The notes beneath the pieces were generated by a model. That model had not been told where the DNA came from, ran no database searches, and was given only the letters and a program-made list of their open reading frames with translations. The position numbers were made by a program, and so were the translations under genes. Shown here one piece after another: positions 1 to 10,265 of a stretch of 64,000 nt of DNA (positions are counted from its first letter, which is position 1; the number at the start of each line of letters is the position of its first letter). Source of the DNA: Oceanobacter sp. (lineage in GTDB: Bacteria; Pseudomonadota; Gammaproteobacteria; Pseudomonadales; Oceanobacteraceae); NCBI GenBank assembly GCA_045430275.1, contig JAILXU010000002.1, positions 6,528 through 70,527 on the forward strand, written 5' to 3'.

Positions 1-2
1 GC

Positions 3-188
3 TTTCTGGAACAGCATCAGGAAGAGGTTCAGCTGATTTCATTTGAAGAACTGAGCCACCTGAAGCCCGAACGGGCGACACGCGGCATTCGCAGAACCAC
101 GACACGTGCGACCGACACAACAGGCTTGCGGAACCCCGTTCTCGATCACGCTGCCGCCTTCAGACAAGGTGTTCCCCGCAGCGCCTGA
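3..188 (+). CDS. 3' end of a gene that starts before the window; product not identified
   Basis: Frame is open from base 3 (FLEQHQEEVQLISFEELSHL...) to TGA at 186-188 and converges on the transglutaminase gene. Confidence 0.4.
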   Translation, partial: FLEQHQEEVQLISFEELSHLKPERATRGIRRTTTRATDTTGLRNPVLDHAAAFRQGVPRSA

Positions 189-238
189 AGCCCCCCCCCT
201 CAACTACAGGGTCGCACTGGCACCGGGATCGTCAGTCC

Positions 239-1120
239 TTAAGGGATTTGACGATTCACATCCACCGATACACTCAGAACCGGGCTTTCTCCACCTCCGA
301 AGATCACACCACACAAGGGCGTGACATCGTAAAAATCACGACCCCACCCTGTCACAATGTGCTGCTCGGCAGGCATGCAGTCATTGGTTGGATCAAACTC
401 AAACCAGCCTTCCCCCGGTGAGAACACCTGAATCCAGGCATGCGTGGCATCCGCGCCAACCATTTTTTCTTGTCCGGGTGGTGGCAGGGTTTCCAGATAA
501 CCGGACACATAACGCGCGGCGTACCCCAACGAGCGCAGGCAACCGATCATCAGATGGGCAAAATCCTGGCACACCCCCTTGCGGGTGGCCATCACATCCT
601 GAATGGGCGTGGCAATGGTGGTCGAGGCTGGAGAGTAGTCGAACTCGGTAAAAATCTTGTGGGTCAGCTCTTGCACCGCCAGCAGCAAGGGCTTGTCATC
701 GGCAAACACCTCGTCGGCATAGGCTTTCAATTCGTCACTGGCCTTGACCATGGGCGAGTTCAGCAGATATTCCCGAGCCATCAGCACATCGGCATTGCGT
801 GACTGAAACATCACATGGCGGGCATCCCGACAACTGATGCCAGATCGCAGGTCATCAAACGTCTGGGCCGACGTTTCGACCTCGCTGATGGAGGTAATCA
901 CCAACCGGTCGTGCGGGCGCTGAATTTCAAAGTGGTACGCCGTATTGCCAAAATAATCGACCCGATACGAATGCGAAGCCGGGCCAGGTGCAATGCTGAC
1001 GTCGCCGCCAAAACACCGCTGGCGCTCGGTATTCCGCGGTGTCAGGTGCGCCATGTTGTAACAGTGAGATACCCGGCTGTGGTACAGGTATTCCGTAATG
1101 TGTTTAATTCGATAGCGCAT
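239..1120 (-). CDS. Transglutaminase-like protein with bacterial N-terminal domain
   Basis: MRYRIKHITEYLY N-terminus; catalytic GVCQDFAH (Cys), HAW (His), EFDPTN (Asp); TAATG overlap with upstream gene. Confidence 0.92.
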   Translation of the reverse strand: MRYRIKHITEYLYHSRVSHCYNMAHLTPRNTERQRCFGGDVSIAPGPASHSYRVDYFGNTAYHFEIQRPHDRLVITSISEVETSAQTFDDLRSGISCRDARHVMFQSRNADVLMAREYLLNSPMVKASDELKAYADEVFADDKPLLLAVQELTHKIFTEFDYSPASTTIATPIQDVMATRKGVCQDFAHLMIGCLRSLGYAARYVSGYLETLPPPGQEKMVGADATHAWIQVFSPGEGWFEFDPTNDCMPAEQHIVTGWGRDFYDVTPLCGVIFGGGESPVLSVSVDVNRQIP

Positions 1121-3696
1121 TACATGCCCTCCCAGTTGCTGGACACAACCAACTGATGAGAGTCCTCACGATGATTGAAATATTTGTCCGTAATGATGTC
1201 ACTCAGACTCACCATTTGTTCCGACATCGCCACCATTTGTTGTTCCAGTTGATCTCGCTGGTGCTCTTTCACGGCACTCAGATCCGCCAACGACGACAGC
1301 TTCAGGCTCGCTTCACACTCCAGTAACTGACGCTGATCCGACGGCAGCTCGTGCATGGGCGTTGCAACCTGAGGCAAGGCCCGGATATGCTCACCCAGAC
1401 GTTCAATCTGATACATCAGAGAACGCGGATTGGTATTATCCAGCATCACCAGATCCAGCGATGCCTGCACCCCGACCCGCGCCCGATAGCGACGGCGATA
1501 ACTGATCAGGGCTTCCTGAGACAGCAGCAAAGCCTCACACAGTTTGGTCTGATCGGTGTCGGGAATCGCCGGAACAATCAGGCTACGGATGGCCGTTGAA
1601 ATCAGATAACAGCGCTCCAGACGCCGCCCCATGTCCATAAAGTGCCAGCCAAAACCCCGAATCATGCTTTCCTGAATCAGACCAGCAAATGCCATCAGCG
1701 CTGTTACCAGCGGATCAAGCGCCTCTTCCGGGGCCGATGACAAACTCAGCGAGAAGCTGTCATCCAGTATTTTCAGTGCATCCCGAATGTCATTGATGAC
1801 CCGGAACGTGTCCGACGACAACAGCTCCTTGGTTTCTTCGGCGCAATTCAGCATGGTGTTCAGATTATTGGAAATGCTGCCCAATACGGCACCGTTCTGA
1901 ATGATGGCCTGCAGTGCCTCTTCAGACTCCTGGCCTTCCAGCGGCTGTGGCGGTGTCACGGTAATCATCGACACCGCGTGCAGAACCTGATGCCGCGTCA
2001 GCGGATTGATCGGTTCATCACCGTTCAACATCATAAAGGCCACTCGCAGCATCCGCAGAGACGATTCCGCCCGCTCGGCGTAACGGCCCATCCAGAACAG
2101 GTTTTCCACCACCCGGCTGGGTAAACTGATCTGATCCAGCTCGCGGCTGACCGGCTCGTCCACCACTTCCTCGTCACGCACGCGTTCTGGCTCAGACGCC
2201 AGCACCCAGGTGTCTTTACTCTGGGAACCGGCCTGACTGGCAATGGTGAACGAACGCTCCCCCTGACCGACTCGCGTCAAGCCGCCGGGCATCAGCGTAT
2301 AGGAGGTTTCCGTCGCCACCGCAAAGGTGCGCAAAATCGACGGACGCGGTGCCAGTTCCCGCCCGGTAAAGGCCGGAGTATGCGCCGCGTCCAGAATCGC
2401 CTGCCCCACAAACTGCTCCGGGTGCGCTATGATCTGGGCGCGCAACTGAATCAGCTCGGCGTCATTCAACTCCGGGCCATAGACACTGCGACGGCTTTGG
2501 CCCCGGAAGATCGGCTTGATCACCAGCTCCGGCAAGTGATCCAGCACATACGCCTGATCTGCAGTATTGCCACACCAGTAGGTATCCACGCTGGGCAAAC
2601 GCAATTCACGTCCCAGCAAGGTGCGCGAGATGTCCGGCAGGTAGCGCAGGAACACCGGATTCTCCAGCACTCCAGCCCCCAGCGGGTTGGCAATCACTAC
2701 ATTGCCTGCGCGCGCCACTTCCAACAGGCTGGCCACCCCCAGACGAGAATCACCCCGCAGCTCCACCGGGTCGCAGAACCAGTCATCCACCCGGCGGAAC
2801 AGCACATCCACCCGCGTCAAACCATCCAGGGATTTCATCCACAAATAGCCGTTACGCACCACCAGGTCGTCACTCTGTACCAGGTTAAAACCCAGATGAT
2901 TGGCCAGATACGCGTGCTCAAAATAGGTTTCGTTGTGAGTGCCCGGTGTCAGCACCGCAATGCGCGGCTGATTTTGATCCGGTGCCAACGAGGTCAGCTT
3001 GTCCCGCAAACGCTGGAAGAATACCGACAGGCGATGCACATGGCTTTCCCGAAACAGACTCGGAAATACCCGCGACATCACCGAGCGATTCTCCAGCGCA
3101 TAGCCCATACCACTGGGCGACTGGGTTCGGTCTCCCAGCACCACAAAGTCACCGTTCTGGTTACGGATCAAATCCGTGGAATGCAGAATCAGGTCATGAT
3201 GTCCCGGCAACTGAATGCCCTGACATGGCCGCAAAAAACCACGATGACAAAACAGGGCTTCCGGAGGAATGACGCCCTGACGAATCAGGTCACGAGGGCC
3301 GTACAAGTCACGCAACAGAAGGTTGAACAGCTCCGCCCGCTCGACCAGTGCCGCTTCAATCCGACCCCATTCATCACTGCCCATGACCATGGGCACCATA
3401 TCCAGCCCCCAGATGTGGGAGCGATGGGTGTTGTCGCTGTAGATATTGTACGTCGCACCATCGTCACGCAGGATACGTAACGCCTTGGCCTGACGATCAC
3501 GCAAATTCTGGCAGCCGAGGCCGTCCAGCGACTCCAGCAGATACCGCCAGTGATCGCGCATTTGCCCATCCGGGGTCAGCGCTTCATCCAGCAAGCCTCC
3601 GGCAGCGGCCTGATACAGCAGCGAGTCCGAACGTTCATCCATGGTCTGAAAAGAGAAAGAAGCATTATTCTGACTCTGGTTCTGGCTTTGGGACAT
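1120..3696 (-). CDS. Circularly permuted type 2 ATP-grasp protein fused to a C-terminal alpha-E (DUF403) domain
   Basis: DRTQSPSGMGYALENR, YFEHAYLA, LFRRVDD, GGLTRV, SKDTWV motifs, then SRVVENLFWMGRYAERAE and MGRRLER alpha-E repeats; start placed at ATG 3696 after GAGGGG RBS (track start 3708). Confidence 0.92.
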   Translation of the reverse strand: MSQSQNQSQNNASFSFQTMDERSDSLLYQAAAGGLLDEALTPDGQMRDHWRYLLESLDGLGCQNLRDRQAKALRILRDDGATYNIYSDNTHRSHIWGLDMVPMVMGSDEWGRIEAALVERAELFNLLLRDLYGPRDLIRQGVIPPEALFCHRGFLRPCQGIQLPGHHDLILHSTDLIRNQNGDFVVLGDRTQSPSGMGYALENRSVMSRVFPSLFRESHVHRLSVFFQRLRDKLTSLAPDQNQPRIAVLTPGTHNETYFEHAYLANHLGFNLVQSDDLVVRNGYLWMKSLDGLTRVDVLFRRVDDWFCDPVELRGDSRLGVASLLEVARAGNVVIANPLGAGVLENPVFLRYLPDISRTLLGRELRLPSVDTYWCGNTADQAYVLDHLPELVIKPIFRGQSRRSVYGPELNDAELIQLRAQIIAHPEQFVGQAILDAAHTPAFTGRELAPRPSILRTFAVATETSYTLMPGGLTRVGQGERSFTIASQAGSQSKDTWVLASEPERVRDEEVVDEPVSRELDQISLPSRVVENLFWMGRYAERAESSLRMLRVAFMMLNGDEPINPLTRHQVLHAVSMITVTPPQPLEGQESEEALQAIIQNGAVLGSISNNLNTMLNCAEETKELLSSDTFRVINDIRDALKILDDSFSLSLSSAPEEALDPLVTALMAFAGLIQESMIRGFGWHFMDMGRRLERCYLISTAIRSLIVPAIPDTDQTKLCEALLLSQEALISYRRRYRARVGVQASLDLVMLDNTNPRSLMYQIERLGEHIRALPQVATPMHELPSDQRQLLECEASLKLSSLADLSAVKEHQRDQLEQQMVAMSEQMVSLSDIITDKYFNHREDSHQLVVSSNWEGM

Positions 3697-3796
3697 ACAA
3701 CCCCTCAATTAAAAAATCACGGGCAATATCCGCTCCAACCCGAAACGGTGTCCCAAAAAATAATGCTGTAATGATACAAACATGGCGCAAAAAGCC

Positions 3797-3824
3797 AAAA
3801 AAATGGCCGCATAAAGCGGCCATT
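3797..3824 (-). terminator. Intrinsic terminator
   Basis: AATGGCCGC-ATAAA-GCGGCCATT 9-bp stem followed by T7 on the minus strand, downstream of the DUF2126 gene. Confidence 0.75.
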
Positions 3825-3877
3825 ATGTCAGAACCCATAACAGTCTCACAGCCAAAGGCTATCGAGACTTTCAGGCA

Positions 3878-6800
3878 TCAGGAGGGTTGACGGCGCAAGT
3901 CCAGCGTGTGTGGGTATTCGCCCGGCGATTCCTCCGGTGGCGGTGTCATGGGTTTGGGGTCGTGGTTGGGGAAAAATTCCCGCAAGACGTCCGGTTCCAG
4001 ATCCGACCGAGACTCGTAAGCGCCATGAGTATGATCCAGCTCCGAGAAGCGATTCACACGACGGCTTTCGGCCTCAAAGGAATTCACCGGGAAGGTGTCA
4101 TAGCTGCGGCCACCCGGATGCGACACATGGTAGCTGCACCCGCCCACCGAGCGACCATTCCAGGTATCGATCAGGTCAAACACCAGCGGTGCATGAGCGT
4201 CGATGCTCGGGTGCAAGGCCGACGGCGGTGCCCAGGCCTTGTAGCGCACTCCAGCCACGCTTTCGCCATGGCGACCGGTGCTTGTCAGCGGCACTCGACG
4301 GCCATTACAAGCCAGCACATAGCGCCCTTCTGTCAGGCCCGTCACCTTGACCTGCAAACGCTCAACCGAAGAATCCACATAACGGGCGGTGCCGAAGCTG
4401 GTGACTTCCTCACCCAGCACGTGCCATGGCTCGATGGCCCAGCGCAGCTCGATGGTGATGTTGTCCAGCTCGACGGTGCCGTAATGCGGGAAGCGGAACT
4501 CTTCAAAAGGCAGCAGCCACTCGGCCTTGAAGTCCAGCCCCTGCTGTTGCAAGTCAGCCGCCACTTCCCTGACATCTTCCATCACAAAATGCGGCAGCAT
4601 GAACTTGTCGTGCAGCAAGGTGTTCCAGCGCACCAGATTGTGCTGATACGGTTGCTGCCAGAAACGGATCAGCAACGCCCGGATCAGCAACGCCTGCACC
4701 AGTGCCATGCGGCTGTGCGGAGGCATTTCAAAGCCCCGGAATTCCAGAATCCCCAGACGCCCGGTTGGGCTGCCGGGGGCAAACATTTTGTCAATGCAGA
4801 ACTCGGCCCGGTGAGTGTTGCCCGTCATATCAATCAGCAGGTTTCGCATCAGGCGATCCACCAGCCACGGCGCGGCAGCTTCACCTTCCGGCATTTGCTG
4901 GAAAGCAATTTCCAGTTCGTACAACGCTTCGTCGCGGCCTTCGTCCACGCGTGGTGCCTGACTGGTCGGGCCGATAAACGCCCCGGAGAACAGGTACGAC
5001 AAACTTGGGTGGTGCTGCCAGAACGTCACCAGACTGCGCAGCAGATCCGGGCGACGCAACATGGGGCTGTCGGCAGGTGTCGCACCGCCCAGCGTAATGT
5101 GATTACCACCACCCGTGCCGGTGTGGCGACCATCCAGCATGAACTTCTCGGCACTCAGACGCGACTCGCGCGCCGCCTGATACAGCTCAACGGTGTTTGA
5201 AACCAGTTCACGCCAGTTGTTCGACGGGTGAATGTTCACCTCAATCACGCCCGGATCTGGCGTGACCAGCAGTTTCTGCAAACGGCTGTCTTTCGGTGGC
5301 TCATACCCTTCAATAATGACCGGCATATCCAGTGTGGCGGCGGTTTCCTCGATCAGGGTCATCAGATCCAGATAGCTTTCCAGATACGGCAACGGCGGTA
5401 CAAAAAGGTGCAAGGTTCCATTACGTGGCTCGATGCACAGCGCGGTGCGAATCACTGGAGCGGTGACGGATTCTGCTGCAGCTTCCACGTCATCCGTCGC
5501 CCTGGCCTGCTCGACTTGCACCTGTCTGGCACGTTCGCTGGCGTGCTGCACAATGGCTTCACGGGTTGGCAGCGGTTCATCGGTGCGGAATGGATCGGCT
5601 TCCTGAATCAGCGGCTTTTCTTCGCTGTGTGGCAGGCTGTCGAGCGGCAGGCGCAAGCCCATTGGCGAGTCACCCGGAATCAGGGTAATGCGGCCACGGC
5701 GCATGCGCCATTCGCTGGAGCGCCAGCACTCGCCGTACAAGTCCCACTCCAGTGGAATGACGTAACCGGTTGGCGTGTTCAGCCCCTGCTCCAGCACACG
5801 GGCCAAACGCCGACGGGCCAGATCATCTTTGGCGTGGGCAATGCGAGCATCCAGATTTTCCGGCAAATTCTGTTCTTGCAGCAGATAGTGCAAGCCGTCT
5901 TCGTAAGCGGCCTGACCCAACCCGCTTTCCAGCCCCAGAAGCGACAGCAAATGACCGGTAAACCGCTGGGCCGATGCGGCGCTGTGGCCGTATTCCTTGT
6001 CTACCCGCGCCAACAGGGCCGGGTCTTGCCACATGGGCTGATTATCCTTGCGCCAGAACACACCCAGCGCCCAACGCGGGACTTCTTCTCCCGGATACCA
6101 TTTGCCCTGGCCGTAATGCAGTAAGCCTTCCGGGGCAAAATGGTCGCGCAGTTTCAGCAACAGGGTTTTGGCCAGACTGAGTTTGTCGTCGCCCAGCGCT
6201 TCGGTGTTCCATTGCTCCGATTCCATATCGTCAACGGACACAAACGTTGGCTCGCCACCCATGGTCAGGCGCACGTCATACACATTCAGCAGTTCATCTA
6301 CCCGGTCACCCAGCGCGATCACATCGGCCCATTCGGCATCGGTATAGGGCTTGGTGACACGCGGGTCTTCGTGGAAACGGGTGACTTCGTTCTTGAAGTC
6401 GAATTCCACCTCGCACTTGTCGGTGCAACCTTCAATCGGCGCGGCTGACACCGGGTGCGGCGTACAGGCCAGTGGAATATGACCTTCGCCTGCGAACAGA
6501 CCCGAGGTTGGATCAAGCCCGACCCAACCGGCACCCGGCAAGTACACTTCGCACCAAGCGTGCAGATCGGTGAAGTCCTGCTCCGGGCCGCTGGGGCCAT
6601 CCAGCGATTTTTCGTCCGACGCCAACTGCACCAGATAGCCGGATGCAAAACGGGCCGCCAGTCCCAGATGACGCAACGCCTGCACCATCAGCCAGGCACT
6701 GTCACGGCAAGAGCCTTTGGACAGTTCCAGGGTTTCTTCTGGCGATTGCACACCGGGTTCCATACGAATGGCGTACTCAATTCCTTGCTGCAGCGTCGTA

Positions 6801-7246
6801 TTCACATCGACCAGAAAATCAATCGAACGCCGTTCTTCCAGTGAAATACTGTCCACCAGCTTGTCGAACAACGGCCCCTGTTCCTCCAGCTCCAGATACG
6901 GCTGCAGCTCTTTCAAAGTCTGCTTGTCATACTCGAACGGGAAGGTTTCGGCCTCTTCCTCCAGAAAGAAGTCAAACGGGTTGATCACCGTCATGTCGGC
7001 GATGACTTCCACTTCTACCGAGAACTTGCGGGTTTTTTCCGGGAATACCAGACGCGCCAGATAATTGCCGTACGCGTCCTGCTGCCAGTTGATGAAGTGA
7101 TCCGCCGGTTCCACTTTCAGGCTGTAGGCGTCAATCGGGGTGCGGGAATGCGGTGCCGGACGCAGGCGAATCACATGCGGTGACAGCGAAACCGGGCGAT
7201 CAAAGGTGTAGTACGTGTTGTGCTGTATTGCAACGCGGATGGTCAT
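3878..7246 (-). CDS. Transglutaminase-like protein fused to DUF2126 (putative amidoligase) domain
   Basis: GSCRDSAW, DFTDLHAWCEVYLPGAGWVGLDPTSG; C-terminal LTMGGEPTF, VTPDPGVIEVNIHP, GTGGGNH, GPTSQAPR. Confidence 0.92.
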   Translation of the reverse strand: MTIRVAIQHNTYYTFDRPVSLSPHVIRLRPAPHSRTPIDAYSLKVEPADHFINWQQDAYGNYLARLVFPEKTRKFSVEVEVIADMTVINPFDFFLEEEAETFPFEYDKQTLKELQPYLELEEQGPLFDKLVDSISLEERRSIDFLVDVNTTLQQGIEYAIRMEPGVQSPEETLELSKGSCRDSAWLMVQALRHLGLAARFASGYLVQLASDEKSLDGPSGPEQDFTDLHAWCEVYLPGAGWVGLDPTSGLFAGEGHIPLACTPHPVSAAPIEGCTDKCEVEFDFKNEVTRFHEDPRVTKPYTDAEWADVIALGDRVDELLNVYDVRLTMGGEPTFVSVDDMESEQWNTEALGDDKLSLAKTLLLKLRDHFAPEGLLHYGQGKWYPGEEVPRWALGVFWRKDNQPMWQDPALLARVDKEYGHSAASAQRFTGHLLSLLGLESGLGQAAYEDGLHYLLQEQNLPENLDARIAHAKDDLARRRLARVLEQGLNTPTGYVIPLEWDLYGECWRSSEWRMRRGRITLIPGDSPMGLRLPLDSLPHSEEKPLIQEADPFRTDEPLPTREAIVQHASERARQVQVEQARATDDVEAAAESVTAPVIRTALCIEPRNGTLHLFVPPLPYLESYLDLMTLIEETAATLDMPVIIEGYEPPKDSRLQKLLVTPDPGVIEVNIHPSNNWRELVSNTVELYQAARESRLSAEKFMLDGRHTGTGGGNHITLGGATPADSPMLRRPDLLRSLVTFWQHHPSLSYLFSGAFIGPTSQAPRVDEGRDEALYELEIAFQQMPEGEAAAPWLVDRLMRNLLIDMTGNTHRAEFCIDKMFAPGSPTGRLGILEFRGFEMPPHSRMALVQALLIRALLIRFWQQPYQHNLVRWNTLLHDKFMLPHFVMEDVREVAADLQQQGLDFKAEWLLPFEEFRFPHYGTVELDNITIELRWAIEPWHVLGEEVTSFGTARYVDSSVERLQVKVTGLTEGRYVLACNGRRVPLTSTGRHGESVAGVRYKAWAPPSALHPSIDAHAPLVFDLIDTWNGRSVGGCSYHVSHPGGRSYDTFPVNSFEAESRRVNRFSELDHTHGAYESRSDLEPDVLREFFPNHDPKPMTPPPEESPGEYPHTLDLRRQPS

Positions 7247-7375
7247 AACAGCTCCAGTAAAAGGGTTTCAGTCATTGAAATTCTGATTGCAGACAATCCG
7301 CCGGACGCAGGTAGCAGGGCCTCCCGGCACCACCAGCCCAATGGTTCAACAGCGGATTGTTCTGTCTGGCCCGGT

Positions 7376-8311
7376 TCAGTAATTGGACTGGAACCAGGCT
7401 TTTTCGATCAGTCCATGCAAATCGGCCAGAGACAGCTGCAGCTCGTTCAGGTCATCACGGAATGGCTCACCAAACTCTTCGGCCTGAAGATCCAGTGCTA
7501 TTTCCTTGCGAATAGCATTGGTGCGCTGAATCACGTCATCGCCCTTGGGCAGACGCTCGGAGGATGTCATGATTTTGTTTAAGCAAAACGAAATAGCACG
7601 CGGAAATTCTTCATTCCCCATCAGGAAATTCACCACCGGCGTGCCCCGGATCGAAGACCGCATTTCACGTCGGAACGGCTGGTCTGCGTTCAATGCCCGC
7701 AAAACATTTCCCCAGATGATCTGGCGACTGTTGACGGCGAAATCATCATCGGCCACCTGCACAATGGCGGCGATGGCCGCGTCCAGATTTCGGGTCGTCA
7801 TATCGGCCCGTTCCAGATTCTGGCCCAGCAGCACCATTTCCCAGCCTTCGTCACGGGTCATGTTGACGTACAGCAGACCGACGATTTGCTGACACGACTT
7901 GATGATGGTTTCCAGAAACTCGTGACGCATGCTGCGCTTGAGGCCATTGGCGAGGTTGTCTTCCACGAACATGCTCAGTTCGTTGACCATCTCCCAGGTG
8001 TCCGCAGGCACCACATCACGGGTGGTACGAATGTTTTCACGGATGGCACGCAGCGAGTTCACTACCGATGAGATGTTGTCTTCATCACCGATCAGATACT
8101 TCACCACATTGCGCTCATCACGTACGGAATAGCGCTTGTTAAAGCCGTCTTCCAGACTGTTGATCACAATCAGGTTGTACCAGCTCAGATCAACCTGTTT
8201 CGGCAGGTCAAACAACAGCTTGTCGTAGATGCTCACCAGACGAGCCATGGCCTCAACACGCTCCAGATAGCGCGCCGACCAGTAAATGCGTTCAGCAACT
8301 TTCGAGAGCAT
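7376..8311 (-). CDS. Stand-alone alpha-E domain protein (DUF403)
   Basis: [20 protein letters not shown]; GQNLERADMTTR; FPRAI; coupled to ATP-grasp gene by TAATG. Confidence 0.9.
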   Translation of the reverse strand: MLSKVAERIYWSARYLERVEAMARLVSIYDKLLFDLPKQVDLSWYNLIVINSLEDGFNKRYSVRDERNVVKYLIGDEDNISSVVNSLRAIRENIRTTRDVVPADTWEMVNELSMFVEDNLANGLKRSMRHEFLETIIKSCQQIVGLLYVNMTRDEGWEMVLLGQNLERADMTTRNLDAAIAAIVQVADDDFAVNSRQIIWGNVLRALNADQPFRREMRSSIRGTPVVNFLMGNEEFPRAISFCLNKIMTSSERLPKGDDVIQRTNAIRKEIALDLQAEEFGEPFRDDLNELQLSLADLHGLIEKAWFQSNY

Positions 8312-9771
8312 TATTTGGCTCCTGTTCCGGTATCAACAATCCAGGTGTCTTTACTGCCACCCCCTTGAGACGAGTTCACCACCAGTGAGCCCTTTTTCAT
8401 CGCCACCCGCGTCAGACCGCCGGTCGTAACGTAGCTGTCAGCCGATTGCAGCACAAATGGACGCAGATCCAGATGACGCGGTTCAACGCGATTTTTCGCC
8501 ACCAGCGTCGGGGCCGTCGAGAGTGCCAGCGTGGGCTGAGCGATGTAGTTACGCGGATTGGCCTTGATCAGTTCGGCAAAGGTTTCACGCTCTTTTTTGG
8601 TCGAGTGTGGGCCAATCAGCATGCCGTAACCGCCCGATTCGTTGGCCGGTTTCACCACCAGTTTATCGAGGTTATCCAGCACATACTGACGCTGCTCATC
8701 GTCGTAGCAGAGGTAGGTTTCCACGTTTGGAATCAGCGGTTCTTCGCCTAAATAGTAGCGAATGATGTCCGGCACAAAGGCGTACACCACCTTGTCGTCG
8801 GCGACTCCGGCTCCCGGTGCATTGGCCAAAGCGACGTTACCGGCCCGCCAGGCGCGCATCAGGCCCGGTACACCCAGAACCGACTTGGGATCGAATACTT
8901 CCGGGTCGAGGAACATGTCATCAATGCGACGGTAAACCACATCCACACGCTCCAGTCCGGCGATGGTTTTCATATAGACGCAATCGTCATCCAGCACCAC
9001 CAGATCGCTGCCTTCAACCAATTCGGCTCCCATGCGCTGGGCCAGGAAGGCGTGTTCGAAGTAGGCCGAGTTGTAAATCCCCGGCGTCAGCACCACCACT
9101 ACCGGCTTGCTGACGTCACGAGGCGACAGCGCTGCCAGCGTATCGAACAGGTGTTCAGGATAATCCCCGACCGGTGCAATGCGTACGTCCTCGAACACTT
9201 CCGGGATTACCCGTTTCATGATTGAGCGGTTTTCCAGCATGTAGGAAACGCCCGATGGCACCCGCAGATTGTCTTCCAGTACGTAAAACTGGCCATCGGC
9301 ATCGCGCACCAGATCGGTGCCACAGATGTGCGCCCAGACGCCAAAGCGCGGCGACACACCTTCACATTCCTTGCGATAGTTGACGGACTGCTTGAGGACA
9401 AACTCAGGCACCACGCCATCCTTGAGAATGTTCTGATCGTGGTAGAGATCATCAATAAACAAGTTCAGCGCCTTCAAACGCTGCTTGAGACCTGCAGCGG
9501 TTTTGTCCCACTGCTCCTTGGCAATCACGCGCGGCAGAATATCGAAAGGCCAGGCCCGGTCGATGTTGCCGCCTTCGGTGTATACCGTAAAAGAAACGCC
9601 CATTTCTCGAATGGTGGCTTCCGCCGCATTTTTGCGGGCCAGTATTTCTTCGTCCGAAAGGGACTGGAGGTAGCTGATTAACGGCTCAGCTTCGGCACGG
9701 GACACACCCTGTTCGCTGAATAATTCATCAAAAAATCCAGCCGGTGTGTACCCTTTCCAATCTATTGACAT
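8311..9771 (-). CDS. Circularly permuted type 2 ATP-grasp protein
   Basis: [58 protein letters not shown]; start placed at ATG 9771 (MSIDWKGY) after GGGAG RBS rather than track start 9999. Confidence 0.93.
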   Translation of the reverse strand: MSIDWKGYTPAGFFDELFSEQGVSRAEAEPLISYLQSLSDEEILARKNAAEATIREMGVSFTVYTEGGNIDRAWPFDILPRVIAKEQWDKTAAGLKQRLKALNLFIDDLYHDQNILKDGVVPEFVLKQSVNYRKECEGVSPRFGVWAHICGTDLVRDADGQFYVLEDNLRVPSGVSYMLENRSIMKRVIPEVFEDVRIAPVGDYPEHLFDTLAALSPRDVSKPVVVVLTPGIYNSAYFEHAFLAQRMGAELVEGSDLVVLDDDCVYMKTIAGLERVDVVYRRIDDMFLDPEVFDPKSVLGVPGLMRAWRAGNVALANAPGAGVADDKVVYAFVPDIIRYYLGEEPLIPNVETYLCYDDEQRQYVLDNLDKLVVKPANESGGYGMLIGPHSTKKERETFAELIKANPRNYIAQPTLALSTAPTLVAKNRVEPRHLDLRPFVLQSADSYVTTGGLTRVAMKKGSLVVNSSQGGGSKDTWIVDTGTGAK

Positions 9772-10265
9772 ACAGCTCCCTAACCCCGGAATCGGGATGG
9801 AAATTGACTGCTTTCCGCGACATGCGGCCAACAGTTGAGCCAGACTCGCTGACACAAGTGGCTCAGGATCTACGACGAAAGTGACAATTCCACAAAACAC
9901 ACCATCAGGCACGCCATAAGTGCCCGAAATGCTTAGGATTATCCCGAATTGCCTTATCGAAGAAAGTAAACCACCCCCATTGGAGGGGTGCCAGAGCATT
10001 TACCTGCCACAGATCAGGATACGTAACGGAAATGACCAATCCTGACAAAGCCTACAATGGCAGAGCCATACTAACGGACGCACACCGAACCAGAACGAAC
10101 CGAGAGCCAGGTCTCACCGCCACGCTTGCAACGCTGGAACAAATTGTTATTCGCTCCAATGTCACCAACCCGACGGTTTATTGATCCAGGTCGTCTGCTC
10201 ACCCTCGGATTGCCACACAGGAATGGTATAACTGCGCCAATTTTGTCATTCACAAGGAAACCACC

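Noticed and set aside
2380-6124. Long plus-strand ORFs (366, 437 and 298 aa) opposite the ATP-grasp and DUF2126 genes
   Set aside because: Antisense shadows of GC-rich coding sequence with no recognisable motifs; the same applies to 10071-11093, 12118-12960, 19704-20780 and 43303-44331
9772-9999. 76-codon N-terminal extension of the ATP-grasp ORF in the track
   Set aside because: Not family-like sequence; a good RBS precedes ATG 9771
9995-10009. Possible sigma-54 promoter TGGCAG-GTAAA-TGC for the ATP-grasp operon
   Set aside because: GG-to-GC spacing is 9 nt, and sigma-54 requires 10
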